Assembly (NCBI GenBank): GCA_964016885.1
Contig: OZ024742.1
Span: 18,972,001 to 19,036,000, forward strand
Direction of reading: 5' to 3'
Source: Eledone cirrhosa
Lineage: Eukaryota
DNA length: 64,000 bases
A model generated the notes under the pieces. That model was not told the origin of the DNA. It made no database searches and worked only from the letters and a program-made list of their open reading frames with translations. The translations under genes and the position numbers were made by a program. Numbering within the stretch: the first letter of the stretch is position 1; each line of letters starts with the position of its first letter. Of the stretch, positions 1 through 13,254 are shown one piece after another.

Positions 1-712
1 TTTATCATAAGATCTACTCCAACATAAAATATGCTAGGGCTTATATCTGTTTCCCCTGATATAAGCCCCCAGTACAAAGTTAAGAACAATATTGTCAACG
101 ACGACACCAAGAAGTGTAACAACAATTATATGAAATTAACAAGATCGATAAAATAAAGTACCAGTAATGCACTGGATAATTGCTGGCCTTGTGCCAAATA
201 TAGAAACAATTATTCATAGAAAATAGGTTCTATTTATCTACAGACTAACTAATGTGACAACCACTTCAACACAGCGAACGTCAAATAAATCACACCAACT
301 ATTCCAGAACACAATATCACAGAATTTGATCTAGGGTAACTGGGTGTCTTTATTGCAAATATCCAGAGGAGAGAGAATAATGGAAGTTAAAATGAAATCT
401 ACATATATGCAGACAACGTTTCGGAGATAGCTTTGACTAAATATTGTAGACTAGATTCAAGGAAAAGCCTAGATATAAAGGTTGAGATATTTGTGTCTAT
501 GTTTGCATGTTATTAAGTAGTGATGTATGGGCTCCTGCCAGTAATTTCCTCTGAATAATTTCCACTGACTGAAATCTGCTAATGTGTTAAAATGGAATTT
601 TATTATAGAAACAATGACCTTTTTACTTCATATACCATATATCGACAAAGTGGGGACCCAGTGTCGCATAACATATATACAAAACAAAGAAAAAGAGGAG
701 GAACAAAACATA

Positions 713-755
713 GTTATTGAGGAGGTCACAGAATGTGTGACGAAAGAAATTTGAC
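713..755 (+). ncRNA. Hammerhead-like motif (variant core UUGAGGA)
   Basis: GUUA-UUGAGGA-G-GUCACA gaaug UGUGAC-GAAA gaaa UU-UGAC. Stems I and II pair, stem III is minimal and there is a U3.G8 wobble. Confidence 0.4.
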
Positions 756-870
756 AAACGAATGAATAATGAACAATAAAGATAATGATAAATGAAAATT
801 ATATGGTGGGGTGTTTCTTTCTATTGGAAATATTGGCAACACGACCATTCCCATAATAGTAATAATAATA

Positions 871-931
871 AATTTGACGATCCCGTTAAAGGGTGAAAGC
901 AGCGATTCTTTGCTTAAACTTTAATCTGTTA

Positions 932-938
<7 letters not shown>
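871..938 (+). mobile_element. Fragment of the HHR-like repeat family also at 14147-14435
   Basis: gatcccgttaaagggtgaaagcagcgattctttgcttaaactttaatctgttattttaat is near-identical to 14371-14430 and abuts (TA)n. Confidence 0.75.
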
Positions 939-1006
<68 letters not shown>

Positions 1007-1521
1007 TGTTGTATAACTGATAATCATTTATGAAATTCGTTCAATGGTTTGTTAGACATTCCAATAGGGAGGAACGCTAATGAAATTAAATGAATATTAA
1101 CGAGTCAGAGTAAAAGTTTAATACCACTAATGAGTTTAATCGTGTTTTGATAGTTAATTCTTTAAGTTATAACTTTACTCACAATTACTAACAATTACCG
1201 TCCTGTTTATAAACTGCTTAGCACCTGGATGACTCTTGCCTACAATTATCAAGACGAAAACATGGCAATAACAGGAACCCACTGAGAGGAGAATTTCTTG
1301 ATGTTGATAAATCAATAATAAAGACTTCATTTACCATTTTGATCACTTATTGTATTTCTAGTTGTCATTCAGTTACATTCTCGACACGTGTTTGAGCATC
1401 GGACAGCAGTTTCCTTCATAGATTGCGCGTTCTGTGTATTCACAGTATTTGTTGATTACCTCAAGGCCATCCTGAAAAGTCCAACATCACACACCTTGTA
1501 TATCAAAAGTCTGTCTCAAGC

Positions 1522-1775
1522 CAGGTGGCTCATCAGGCTAGGTACTTATCTCGGTTTCGTAGCGTGAAGTACTTGAAAATACAAGACCCTATCTCTAGAC
1601 AGGACGCCAATCCATAGCAGGGTTAAACCCTCAGCCTTTGCTGGTACTCATTTTCAGCTGAGTCTACTGTAGTAACATGAAATGAGGTGTTTTACTGAAG
1701 AACACAACACAGCCTGATCAAGGAATCGAAGCCACAATAGATCGTAAGTCTAACACACTTACCACTAGGCCTCGT
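1522..1775 (-). mobile_element. tRNA-derived SINE (family 2)
   Basis: The minus strand has a tRNA-like head (ggcctagtggtaaagtg...ttcgattcc) followed by a gtgttcttcagtaaaacac / actcagctgaaaatgagtacc core shared with other copies. Confidence 0.7.
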
Positions 1776-1897
1776 GTCTCGTGGTCCTCCCAATTTCGTC
1801 CCAATTTATTCCCTCCTCCTAATGATATCCATCATAATGATGAACTTACATATCGATCACGTGGCTGTTGTATAATCTGACCAGCCCGTCTTTTTTG

Positions 1898-2030
1898 TCC
1901 CGAGGTTAGATTTGCCTGTCATCCTAACGGGGTCGTTAAAATAAAGTACCAGTTACGCACTGGGGTTGATTTAATCGACCTGCCCCTCCCCCAAAATTGC
2001 TGGCCTTGTGCCTATACAAGAAATCATTAC
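1898..2030 (+). mobile_element. SINE family 1, 3' part
   Basis: Contains ggggtcgttaaaataaagtaccagt...ttgctggccttgtgcc, shared with more than 10 copies in the window (short pieces also at 141-213 and 11815-11875). Confidence 0.8.
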
Positions 2031-2122
2031 TATAATGACCTGTAACCATTTATAAAAATCCTTTTCAGTAATAAACGCTGCATATTGAAACATGTTCTGA
2101 CCTATTGTTTTTCTTGTTTCAG

Positions 2123-2454
2123 ATCAAGAACTGATTGTTCCTGAGAAGTTTACTCTAAAAGCAGAAGAAATCATTTTTGTAAGCCTTGTGGTTATTGTTT
2201 GGATTGTGTCGGTAGTAGTTTTCCTTAAAAAATGGGACAATATTCGGATTTTAGAACCAGTGGAACCACGCTACCGACATGCACCAAAGAACTTAGAGAG
2301 TATTCGCATTGTGAAACGGCCGCAAGATAGCGTTATCTACAAAAATTACGGACGGAAAATGTCTATTACGATGCTAGAAAGAGAGAAGAAGCGTCTAGAG
2401 AGGATGAATACTCTTCCAACAATAGAAATGGAAGAGCTATCAACAGAAATATGA
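2123..2454 (+). CDS. Terminal coding exon of a single-pass membrane protein (invertebrate FNDC4/5-like TM + cytoplasmic tail family)
   Basis: Polypyrimidine acceptor ttcttgtttcAG ends at 2122. The open frame reads DQELIVPEKFTLKAEEIIFVSLVVIVWIVSVVVFLKKWDNIRILEPVEPRY...STEI*. The hydrophobic helix with the EE..(TM)..W..IR.LEP pattern resembles invertebrate FN3-domain membrane proteins (from memory). Upstream exons are not in the window. Confidence 0.75.
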
Positions 2455-5400
2455 CCATTAGTTACCGCATGGGAAGATGATTGTCCATGCGGTGAAGACA
2501 TTTGACAACTTTTGTACGAAATGAATGATAATTAAATTTGTAAATTAAATATATCCGAAAAAGAAATATTAAAGTTGGACATTTTATGTGGCATTTCTAT
2601 TGCATAATAATGTATAAAATTTAAATAATTGTCTTATTTTAATATGATATAAAGGGTTCTTGCCCTCTATTTGGTTTAGAAACATCGTACACATAGAATA
2701 AGATAGCAGCTATTCTTAAGATTTTCTAACACTTAATAAATAAATAAATTGTTTAGCACTGGATTAGGTTTTGATTTGCCATTCGAACGGTTTTTAGTTG
2801 TAGTTTCATTTTTTTATATTTATGTTCAGATTTATTACATTCGGTTTTCTAATGCATTAAATTAGATATGTCAGTTCTCGTTGATATAAATGAAATATGG
2901 CAATCAGGTGACATTTCTGTCCTCTAACGAATGTTATTACGAATTAGGTTCAAATACAATATATTTAGATATTCATATTGCTTATTCTTTGACAAATATA
3001 TTTGTAAATATATATATGCGTATACAACTGGATATATGTAAATATACATGTTTATACAATTGGATATTTGTGTAAATATATACAGACGTGCATACAACTC
3101 AGTATTTGTGAATATATAAACACAGACAAACGATATTATAAAACAAAATATGCATTTCTACGTTAATTCATATATATAAACTTGCATAATTATATATGTA
3201 TGTACATAAGAATTATTAACTCCTGTTTGATTTCATGTAAGGATATCTGTAGGAGGTTGGATGAATTAGATGGAATGGATGAGCTCTAAATGTGGAAATA
3301 TATGATAGACAATATAGATGAAGATATAAACATTCCTTTTAATCATTTTATATAACCCTTTCATTTTGATAACATTGTTATAAAAATAACTTCATATATT
3401 CAGATTGAACCGAATGTTTGATTGTTTTACCTCAAATTGTTGTTGTTATTGTGGTTGTATATTGAGAAGACATATGATACATATGTAGTCGATAGAACAA
3501 CTAGATGTCTCTTTATACCAAATTCATTGTAAATGAATACATTTATAAATGAAACAAACATCTTTCCTTTGTCTAGGTGTAATACTATCGAAAGGAATAA
3601 AAGGATGCTGTGGCATTCATGAGTTTCTTTAGGGTATTAATGTCTTACTTGAATAAAATGTTTTCAATTCCTCTAGAGTTCATCTCTTACTCTACGGCAC
3701 TTGCCTTAATGAAGGAATATTTTGAGGAATACTTGCCCAAATATAGTTTTTATTAAAAAAATATTTTATATAAAACCTTAGGCCCAAATATATATATATA
3801 TACATATATACCTGATTGTATCTTACAGTGGTGTTCTTGTATAATTGCCTTTTTCATAAACAGAGCTGTCACCAGCATGGTCGAGGGCAAATATCTACAT
3901 GAAAATCTCACATTTACAAATACATTAAGAAATATGTTGATCTACTTCCCATTCATAATGTTCTAGGATTTGAACCTAAAAGAGGCTGTCCACGATTAAA
4001 ATTAAATTTTAGTCCCACCAAAACACATTTGTACGCATGAATATATATAAAAATATTTTTCTATAGGTGAAATGTATATTTTTCGATCCGCCGTTGTTGA
4101 CGTTTTGCGCACAATTTGGATTGAATAAAATTATTTAACGGATTTTCAATATATACTAAGAGAGTAACATTGGTAATTTGCTTCACTAGTCAAACTTCAG
4201 TGTGCAATCTATGAATAGTTGATTTCCTAACACTAGGTAAATTAGTTAAGATTTCTACAACAAATACTTTCGGTATCTGTGTAAGAATGCTAATTGTGCT
4301 AATCTATTGTAATGTGAACTCAGTTTACCACCATTTACTGGCATTAGGGTGCCTTTATCGGAGTCTACTATGCTAAACATTTCTGGCCAGAGACTCCATT
4401 CTGAGGATAACATATTTTCCTTTCTTCTACCAGCCCCAGAAGACTAGATAAACAATTATGGGTGCTACACTTCCTCCTCAATGATTTAATAATAACAAAA
4501 TCTCTCTAATCACAATTGATACTTCTGAACGGTTTCACTAGTTTATCAAGATAATGTTATTAAGGAGTGATATTTTCTGATACATTACATGTCCTTCTCT
4601 TAAGTTTCATATGTATCAAAGATACAAATAAAACAATGAAATCATTTAAATAAAGAATATTCTGTCTGGAATGCCGGTCAGTGGTTTTCGTTTGAATTGT
4701 ATTTTTTAAGAAAATTCCATGAAAATGATAGACAATAATATTTAATGAAACATAAAGAAAGACAATGTAGCATTACAAAATACTATGGGAGGTGAAGGAG
4801 GGAACGGACAAGGACTATTAAGAGACGAAAAGTAGGTGAAGTACAGGGGTTAATATAGGAGAGAAAGGACAATATTATAGTATTTTACAATGCTACATTC
4901 TTTTTCTTTAAATAAATTGAGAAAGAAGAATCAGTATTTGCAGGCTAGTAAATTAAAATTAATTACATTAATCAATTTATGGTGTGAATAATATAGACAA
5001 GATTAATTAAAGATTATCTCATATAAGATTATCTTTTAAAAATATTAATGAACATTATAACAGTTTCTCATATAAAATTAAACAACATTAAAATTGTATT
5101 TCATATGTTTATATACGATTATATTCGTGACTCAAATCAGATATATTTTTTATCAAAATATCTGATGAGAGTACGAAACGAGAACAGCTAAATATACGTC
5201 ACTTTTAATTAATTATTAAAAATAATATATTGAATGTCTATTGTACAAAAGTAATTAATTTAAATGCGATAATATAAAATAGAAACGATACGATAAAAAA
5301 AAGATGACAGTTTAAAACATGTGATTATCATTTATTTAAAACATTATGTGATTATCAAGTAAAACATTATGTGATTATGATTTACAAATAATTTAAATTT

Positions 5401-6630
5401 GAAACTATAAAATCCTCCAAGATAATTATATTAAAACTTATAAAATATCCTTGAAATGGAGGTGTTCTTTGTGATATCTATTGAAAATATTAGAAACTTC
5501 AGTTTAAACGATTGGTTCAAATAATCATAACCAGCAAGAATGGTATCGTTCATATGGATCTTTTGTAGTACGTTAGGTTTTCAAAAAACAAAAATTGTTG
5601 ACAAAAAGATTTTTTGAAAGTATAGGTTATAGTGTTGGCTGCTAAAAATGGTAGATATAGCTGCAAAAGTAGATATAGCTGCAAAAATAGAACTGGTTTT
5701 GGTTATATATAACTTTGAATTTGCTAAAACCTCTTAAACTATTGATTTTATATCAATCAACAAAACAATAAAGTAAAGAGCCAAATACATTGCAATGTAG
5801 CTGAGACGTATAGTAATGGAATAGTAGAAGACATTATGGGAGTACATATGAGTAGAATATATAATAGGACAATATTCGTTGAAGGAAGTTCAAAAGAGAG
5901 AAATTTAAATGTTCCTGAAGGATTCATTACGAAGTTCAGTGGGGAAACACATAAAATTAGGAATCATTTTGCTGGGATTAAAGGGATATTTACCACTGAC
6001 TTGCAACAGTAGTTTCAATACCCAGATCATGAATGAGTGATCGTCAATGATTAAAGATACAATAGGTATATAATACTGCAGGGATTTTCTTTGTCACCAA
6101 GAAAATGCATAATCCCTGTGATAAGTTATTCAAAATTAGTATTCTGTAGGAAAAGCACGAGGCAAATCTTGCGAATAAAATTTAATGCCTTAGTGAAGTT
6201 TATTGTATATGAAATAAAAAGTATTTTGCGGTAGATACATTGTAGTTGATAAGATAATCTTTTAACATTTAAAAAGACCAAACATAATCCAATTATAAAC
6301 GTCAGATTAAATACAAAATGAAAAATTTGAATAAAATAATTATTTATATAAATAAAAATGTCAATCAAAATTGACATTTCAATAAATTACTCTTTTCTAG
6401 TTAATTTGTTTTTGTGTGTGTTTTTATAATTCTCAATTTCATACCAAAGATTAGTAAATTCTGATGTATTGTCTTCAAGTAAAAACTTCGAAATGAAACG
6501 TTCAGGCAAACATTAAAATCATTTATGGTTCAATTATTTATCAAATTACATTTTAATACTTATATTTTTACTTAAAAATAAAAGACTGGATATAACTGTG
6601 TTTCAATTAAGGTTATATAAAATTTCTATG
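2455..6630 (+). other. Probable long 3' UTR of the TM-protein gene
   Basis: About 4 kb of AT-rich sequence with almost no SINEs or long microsatellites directly after the stop codon, in contrast to the rest of the window. It has several AATAAA hexamers, one near 6577. Confidence 0.4.
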
Positions 6631-6710
6631 TTTTCCATGTAATTAAAAATATGTATGTTGGTGTTGTTGGTCGAGATATGAACGTATGCACAGGTAGAGT
6701 ACATATATTA

Positions 6711-6768
6711 TACATGTATTTAGATTTTTATTGTTTATCGACCTGTTACACGCGTTTCGCAAAGGATT

Positions 6769-6807
<39 letters not shown>

Positions 6808-6922
6808 TGGGTCGCGCCGGCAGTCTGAAGTGCTAATCGATAATGGAATCGAGTTCATAACTTCTATGGGTTAACCTGAGCCAATCCTCTGCGAAACTCG
6901 AAATAGAAATCTAAATACATGT
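6711..6922. mobile_element. Inverted-repeat element around (TA)n with a split, degenerate HHR
   Basis: 6711-6770 is the reverse complement of 6881-6922 (ccaatcct.tgcgaaac; aaatctaaatacatgt). The right arm has CUGAAGU...GCGAAAC and the left arm (minus) retains GAAAC-GCGU-GUA. Confidence 0.5.
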
Positions 6923-6929
6923 TATCGTT

Positions 6930-6995
<66 letters not shown>

Positions 6996-7289
6996 TGTAT
7001 TTATATATTATGCTGGGGAATATGCATGTATGTGTTTGTATGTGTATTTATATGTGTATATATGTTCGTTTATATAATGTTCTAGTGAATATTGTGCAGA
7101 TTTATATATAGAAAACTGATTTTGTTGCAAGCATCATGTTTATAAAAAGTTGTCAGCGTATAAACAGTTCTCTTTCATATTATCCAATCATATATGTTTG
7201 TTTTTTACCGTCAGAGATTTCCAGAATATATTAATTACTATTATGTCTGTCTTAGTGAGTTTTATCTGGGTACTATAGCTGTAAGTTGA

Positions 7290-7635
7290 CGAAGCATAGC
7301 CGAATGGTTAAGATGTTTGCTTCGCAATCATTAGGTTCCGGGCTCGTTCCAGCAGCGTGTAATCTTGGATAATTGAAATTTATCATATCGCAAACCATCT
7401 CATACCTTTCACTAAAATTGGGTAGGTGGAAACTGTTGTGAAGCCCGTCGGACGGACTGTTGTACCTGTAATTCGAAGGTTCATTTTTCTTCTGTATTTT
7501 GTCATGCTGAATCTCCCCGAGATCGTACATGTGTTTGTGAAATTCTCAACCCACTTACACATTAATTTCACGAGCAGATTGTTCCGTTGATCGTAGAACT
7601 AGAACACTCATCGTCGATACTGACGGAGGTCCATT
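7290..7635 (+). mobile_element. tRNA-derived SINE (diverged)
   Basis: A-box-like tagccgaatggttaag and B-box-like region, with a 3' part similar to 52835-53115 (gttccgttgat...actc.tcgtcg). Confidence 0.6.
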
Positions 7636-8157
7636 GATAAAGTTAACATTACTGAGTGATGGTTGCGGTGTTGTCAGAATCGCTTAGGGTGACTCCTCTG
7701 AGTTCATTTTAACGAAATCACCCTTCATTTAGTCAACATACTGCATGCCTTACAAGTTACAGCTTAATTGCCTCTATATTTACATGCAGACATGTATGAA
7801 TGAATGCGCGCACGCACGCACACACGCACACACACACGCACGCACGCACGCACGCACGTACGTTTGTGTGTCATATATATATTTCTAGAGTCTGGAAGTG
7901 AAACGGCAAGAGCTCAGCCGTCAGGCTCCGCCTTTCTACTACATAAATATATTTATAAATATATATATGCATACATATATAAATATATATATGCATACAT
8001 ACATACATATATATATATATATGTAGATAAATCTACCAAAAGTTTACGGTAGTGTCCAATCCGTATGAAGAACTCAATGTAATCCGGATATCATGAAAAG
8101 AGAAGATGCATTCAAAAACTACTTTCGGTGAAAAATAAACGGAAAACAGAGTCAAGA

Positions 8158-8345
8158 TAAATTATTAAAAAAATAATGAATAAACAAAGAAACAGTTCCT
8201 TATATTAAAAAAATTGTACATAGATCTATAGAATATGCATACCAACTCTAACACATATATATCCTAGAAACGATCGTAAAATAATGAATTTTTGTTAATA
8301 TAAGGAACTGTTTCTTTGTTTATTCATTATTTTTTTAATAATTTA
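8158..8345. repeat. 58-bp inverted repeat ending in (TA)n
   Basis: 8158-8215 pairs with 8287-8345, near perfect. Confidence 0.8.
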
Positions 8346-8699
8346 TATATATATATATATAAATATATACATACACATATATAAATATGTATACAAACAC
8401 ATATATGAATGTATATACATATATACATACATACATATATTTTTTTCTCCCTGTCTCAGAACTATGTTTTTCATGTTTCGTCAAAAATATTTTCCTAATG
8501 TTTTCATAAGTTGCAGTATGTGTACAATACATCATTCTAGTGGTGCATTGTTGATGGTCTGTTAAGACTCGTATACGTTTAAGAACCTCAGTTTAGTTGA
8601 GTGTGTACTGCGGAGCTGATTCCTTTATTTAATTGAATACAGTCTTCACTGTTAACTTTATACTTTATTTTATTATAATTGTTATTATTCAAAATAGGC

Positions 8700-10135
8700 T
8701 GTCCTCACTTTTAACTGCTTCTCCTTCTCGGGTGAGTTTTACCAGCAGGTCACTGGGGTAGCCATGGGCACAAGAATGGGCCCAACTATGCCAACCTTTT
8801 CGTTGGCCATTTTGAGGCCCAAATCTTTGTCCAATATACCGGTCCCACGTTCGAACTGTGCGGTCGTTATATCGATGACTGTATTGGGGCCACGACCCTC
8901 AACCGAGAACAGCTCGACTCCTTTCTCTCCTTCTTCTGCTCCTTCCACCCCTCCCCCACTTCACCACCTCTATCTCCACCACCTACATCCACTTCTTGGA
9001 CATCTCCGTCGCCATCGACCCCTCCCACCACTCCCTCGTCACCTCCTCCCACCCTATACACACCAAACACTCCATCTGCTACTCCAAACTCCTCCGGTTC
9101 CGCGGCCTCTGCAACCGAGATGCTGACTTCGAGACCCAGGCCCTGTCTCTGGTCATCCATTTCATCCGGAGAGGTTACATCCCTCCCTCGCCTACGCCGC
9201 CCTCGCTCGCGCCCGTGCTGTCTAGCGATCCACAACCAACACCCCCCGCCCCCGCACCCCCACCCAACGTCACCCCTTCCCTCTCACCTACTACGCCTCC
9301 ACCACACCATCCCCCGCCTCCAGTCCGACCCCTCCCCCCCCATCTAACCATACCCACCCCTCACCCCTTCAAACGCGCGCGCAATCTCCGCTCCCTTCTC
9401 GTCCGCAGCTCACTACCCCCAGCTCCCGTCCTCCCCGGTTCTTTTCCTTGCTCCAGACCTCGCTGCTACACCTTCCCCCACAACACCACCACCTTCCAGG
9501 GTCCCAACGGCCACTCTCTCTCTGTTCGGCATGCCTTCCGCTGCACCTCCTCCAACCTCGTCTATGGATTTCGCTGCACACACATGTGCGTATCCTCACA
9601 TACACACGTTCGGCCTCCGGACTCCGCACGCCCTCTATCCCCCACCCCCTCTGACCCCTCTCCATCCACACGCACACACACACCGACTTTCACCCCACAC
9701 TTTTACCCGAACATGGAACCTCGTTCTTCCCCCAAATCTCACATTCACATCCACACACACACACGTACACATACACACACACCACCTTCAGCCCTCCCCA
9801 CTCGGACACCTCGTCTCCCTCTCCCGTCTCCTCCTCTCCACCCACCACCACATCTACACGCCTCGCACCCTTTCACCACTTGTTTCATTTTAAATTATTT
9901 TACCCTAAAGAAAAATTTGTTTTCCGCCCTTTTCTCCCCTCCCCTTTTTAATGTCTTTCCACCACTCCCCCTCACACCCTTGGCACTCTTTTCCTGCCCA
10001 CTTTTCTCCTGATGAAGGGCTTATGCCCGAAACGTCGTCCCTCACCCCCACACTCAAGCGTGAAACTAATATTAACGTTTGTTCTGCCTCTTCGCTTCCA
10101 CGTTGTTTTTTGTTTTTTGTTTACTGTCGCAACTA
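8700..10135 (+). mobile_element. Degenerate Penelope-like element (Neptune-type RT + GIY-YIG relic) with 3' HHR
   Basis: The frameshifted translation gives TLNCFSFSGEFYQQVTGVAMGTRMGP...LFVGHFE...RYIDDCIG (PLE RT), then FKRARNLRSLLVRS...PGSFPCSRPRCYT...FRCTSSNLVYG (linker CxxxxC + GIY). A C-rich tail and an HHR follow, and the element ends at (TA)n. Confidence 0.85.
10004..10040 (+). ncRNA. Minimal type I hammerhead ribozyme of the PLE pLTR
   Basis: CUGAUGA-A-GGGC uuau GCCC-GAAAC-GUC. Palindromic ACGU stem III as in dimeric minimal PLE HHRs. Stem I is weak. Confidence 0.75.
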
Positions 10136-10448
10136 TATTATTATATATATATATATATATAGAGAGAGAGGGGGGGGGGATAACAAAATATCGTTATAGG
10201 TAATCCGATTAGAGGTTGTGAATCTTCTTATTATGGATAGTTTTAGCGTACGGCGTTGCTTGACTCAACAAGAGGTTTACGTAGGTGACGAAGGGGCCAA
10301 CATGTATTTTAAATTGAGTGGCACTACTTTCAGTGATTAGTAATTTTTAGACAACTCTATCAGTGAAACAATTGTTAGAATGTAAATAAATCTCCGTTTT
10401 TGTACTGTTGGCCATGTTATTCTCCACTTTTTAAATTATATATATATA

Positions 10449-11241
10449 CTAGCACAGAGGAACACTTTTTATTAAGTTAATAATTTGAAAAATATTATTG
10501 AAAGTTTATTATAAAGAAGCAGTTTCATGAAAAAAATAGAAATATGCACTTGGGGCTGGACGGCGTACAATGAGAAGTGGAGCGACGTGAAAAGCGTTGT
10601 TTATTAACAGCGAAATAGCAATGTCGATGATATGCAATTTGAAAAATACTATTTACTGTTAGTGGTGGTTAACATGTATTAGAATTAAAATAAAACACGC
10701 GTCCCTTCTTCGCAATTTAAGGGTTTTATTTCTTTTGATGGAAAACAGTGACCGTACTGCAGAATCGATTTCATAAAACTGTACTGTATGATCGTTAAAT
10801 GTAGAAGGATGATAGTTTATTAACAGCGAAATAGCAATGTCGATGATATGCAAGTTTAAAAATGCATATTATGAAGGTTTGTATGATAGTTTACACTGTT
10901 TCCTGAAACTGCTTCTTTATAATAAACTTTCAATAATATTTTTCAAATTATTGGTTCTGTATGTTAACAGCGAAAGAACGTTGATGAGTTTAAAAATGTG
11001 TATGAAATTGTAAATAAGACAAAAGTATGAGAACAGGGGGAAATAACTCACCGAACGCGATAGTTTGGGGGCCTCAGGGACCACATTTTTCAAGTTACAG
11101 ATTTGAAACCTCGTTTATTTGCTTCCTTGGCACTTTTTACATAGGTGTGTAAATTTTCATGTCAGTCCGACCACGTTTACTACCATTTAACCGTGCACAT
11201 CTGAATTTCAACCACCGCCCATTTCACAAATATATATTAGA
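10449..11241 (-). mobile_element. Non-autonomous Helitron-like element, copy A
   Basis: On the minus strand it starts TCTAATATATA (11241) and ends CTAG (10449). Its 5' ~220 bp (11018-11240) are near-identical to 12291-12515. It has internal direct repeats (ttattaacagcgaaatagcaatgtcgatgatatgcaa) and an inverted repeat (10478-10530 / 10900-10952). Confidence 0.65.
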
Positions 11242-12507
11242 CTAGCAGAGGTACCCGGCGTTGCTCGGATATTAAATCGCAGTTGTGTATACCATTTATG
11301 TAAATACTTCAGTGTTGCTTCGAAAACTATACTTTTACAAAATCATCCGCTTTTTCCAAAAGGGGGTTCCTGCCCCCAGGGGTCCCCTACCCAATATGTG
11401 CCAATTCTGAGAGTTCACATTCATCTGTAGGACAAACGTAGCCCATGTGTTAAGTTTTGTGAAAATTGGTTGCGAACTCCAGAAGTTATGACGTTTTGTT
11501 GCATTGCACTGCAGTGCTTCAGTCGACTCCAGGGAAGTGGTTAAAGGGGTTATCTGCCGGGGGGCCCTATAATCAATATCTGGAAAAATGACAGTGTCCA
11601 TGACCATCGGGAGTACATAAGTAACCTATGTCTTAAGTTTGGTGAAAATACTGTAGAAATGCATAAGGTTTATACATACGCGCGTGCGTTCGTGTGTGTG
11701 TGTGTGCATGTGTGTGTGTGTGTTTGTGTGTGTGCGTGTGTGTATTTGTGTGTGCTTATGTATGTGCATGTCCGTCGGGGCATACGTATGTACTGGCCTA
11801 AATCTTCACTATTTACTTTAAGTACCAGTGGTGCACTGGGGTAATCGCTGGCCTTATGCCAAAAGTAGAAACTCTATTTTAATAACCTCTGTCATTTTTG
11901 TTTTCAATTTTATTTACATAATTCTTAAACTCCGGGGCTGGAAATCATTTTGTTATTTTAAATAGAATATTAGTCTAACGACTCCATTTATACCATAAAC
12001 TTGGTCTTGTCTTTGCATGAAATTGTTCTTCACGCTCCGCATAACGATGTATTATCCTCGCTTTTTCCCCGTTCATTGCCAGGAAACGTCTTCACGAACC
12101 AAAATACCGTCTTCCTGTTTTCGTTCGGTTGCAACGTTTCTCGAAATATTTACTTCTGCGTTCACAGATTACTCTCAGTTCAATTTGAATGGGAAATTCC
12201 TGTTTCATCGATTTTCTCCGTAACCATGGAAGCTTGTAGTAGCCAAAAGTTTATTAACAGCGAAATAACGTTGCCTTTGATATGTTTTTTTAGACAAAAG
12301 TATTAGAACAGGGGGAAATAACTCACCGAACGCGATATTTTTGGGGCCCCAGGGACCACAATTTTCAAGTTAGAGATTTGAAACCTCGTCTATTTGCTTC
12401 CTTGGCGCTTTTTACATAGGTGTGTAAATTTTCATGTCCGTCCGACCACGTCTACTACCATTTAACCGTGCACATCTGAATTTCAACCACCACCCATTTC
12501 ACAAATA

Positions 12508-12515
<8 letters not shown>
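11242..12515 (-). mobile_element. Non-autonomous Helitron-like element, copy B
   Basis: The 3' end is ccgagcaacgccgggtacctctgCTAG (hairpin + CTAG), the same terminus as 35708-35736. The 5' end is shared with copy A. Confidence 0.7.
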
Positions 12516-12585
<70 letters not shown>

Positions 12586-12641
12586 GACGTAAAATAAGAA
12601 AATTTTAAAAATTAAAAATTAACTTACTTACTAAAATTTTC

Positions 12642-12723
12642 ACTCCAACTAATTAGTTTCTGTAATGGGATAAATATAGTTACACAATGTAACTATCGAG
12701 AATTCATTACGTCATCAGGGAGT
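12642..12723 (-). ncRNA. Type I hammerhead ribozyme, extended stem II
   Basis: ACUCC-CUGAUGA-C-GUAAUG...(inner hairpin auaguuaca/uguaacuau)...CAUUAC-A-GAAA-CUAAUUAG-UU-GGAGU. Cleavage triplet GUU, 5-bp stem I. Confidence 0.8.
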
Positions 12724-13172
12724 CTATTCTCAGCTAAGTTCCCAGGCAATGCGCGGACACTAGGAACCCATATAAAAATAATAATTCAGTGGATGTAATA
12801 AGCTAGCGGGGACTAAATTCCATAGCACTGAAAAAGTTCACTGCCTCTGGTCAGTGGTGGATTCTAAAGAATCAATCACGTGACACTGAGGTTAGTCAGT
12901 TAGGAGTGGGGTGGTATTATGACAAGAGCCTACTACTACTACTTTGAATTAGCAGTAGATTTGGCAAGTTAGCTCAACAAATAATTTGGAGATAAATATA
13001 TAGAATTAATACATCTACCAACATATGCGTACAGATGTACACTAATACCAGTAAATATATAAGTTATGTCAAAGTACCTAGGTGGTTCAATGCAGGGGGA
13101 TGCAGAACAATTATATGAAAGACGTAAAATAAGAAAATTTTAAAAATTAAAAATTAACTTACTAAAATTTTC

Positions 13173-13254
13173 ATTCCAACTAATTAGTTTCTGTAATGGG
13201 ATAAATATAGTTACACAATGTAACTATCGAGAATTCATTACGTCATCAGGGAGT
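13173..13254 (-). ncRNA. Type I hammerhead ribozyme, second tandem copy
   Basis: Same as 12642-12723 with one stem I substitution. Confidence 0.78.

Noticed and set aside
1505-1540. Minus-strand CUGAUGA-GCCA cc UGGC-uu-GAGAC
   Set aside because: It lies in the SINE 3' tail and lacks GAAA and NUH, so it is probably coincidental.
5156-5190. CUGAUGA-G agua C-GAAAC in the putative 3' UTR
   Set aside because: No stem III/NUH or stem I pairing follows.
8060-8145. AUGAAGA...GAAAAAUAA flanked by uccgu/acgga
   Set aside because: The core is mutated and stem II is not convincing.
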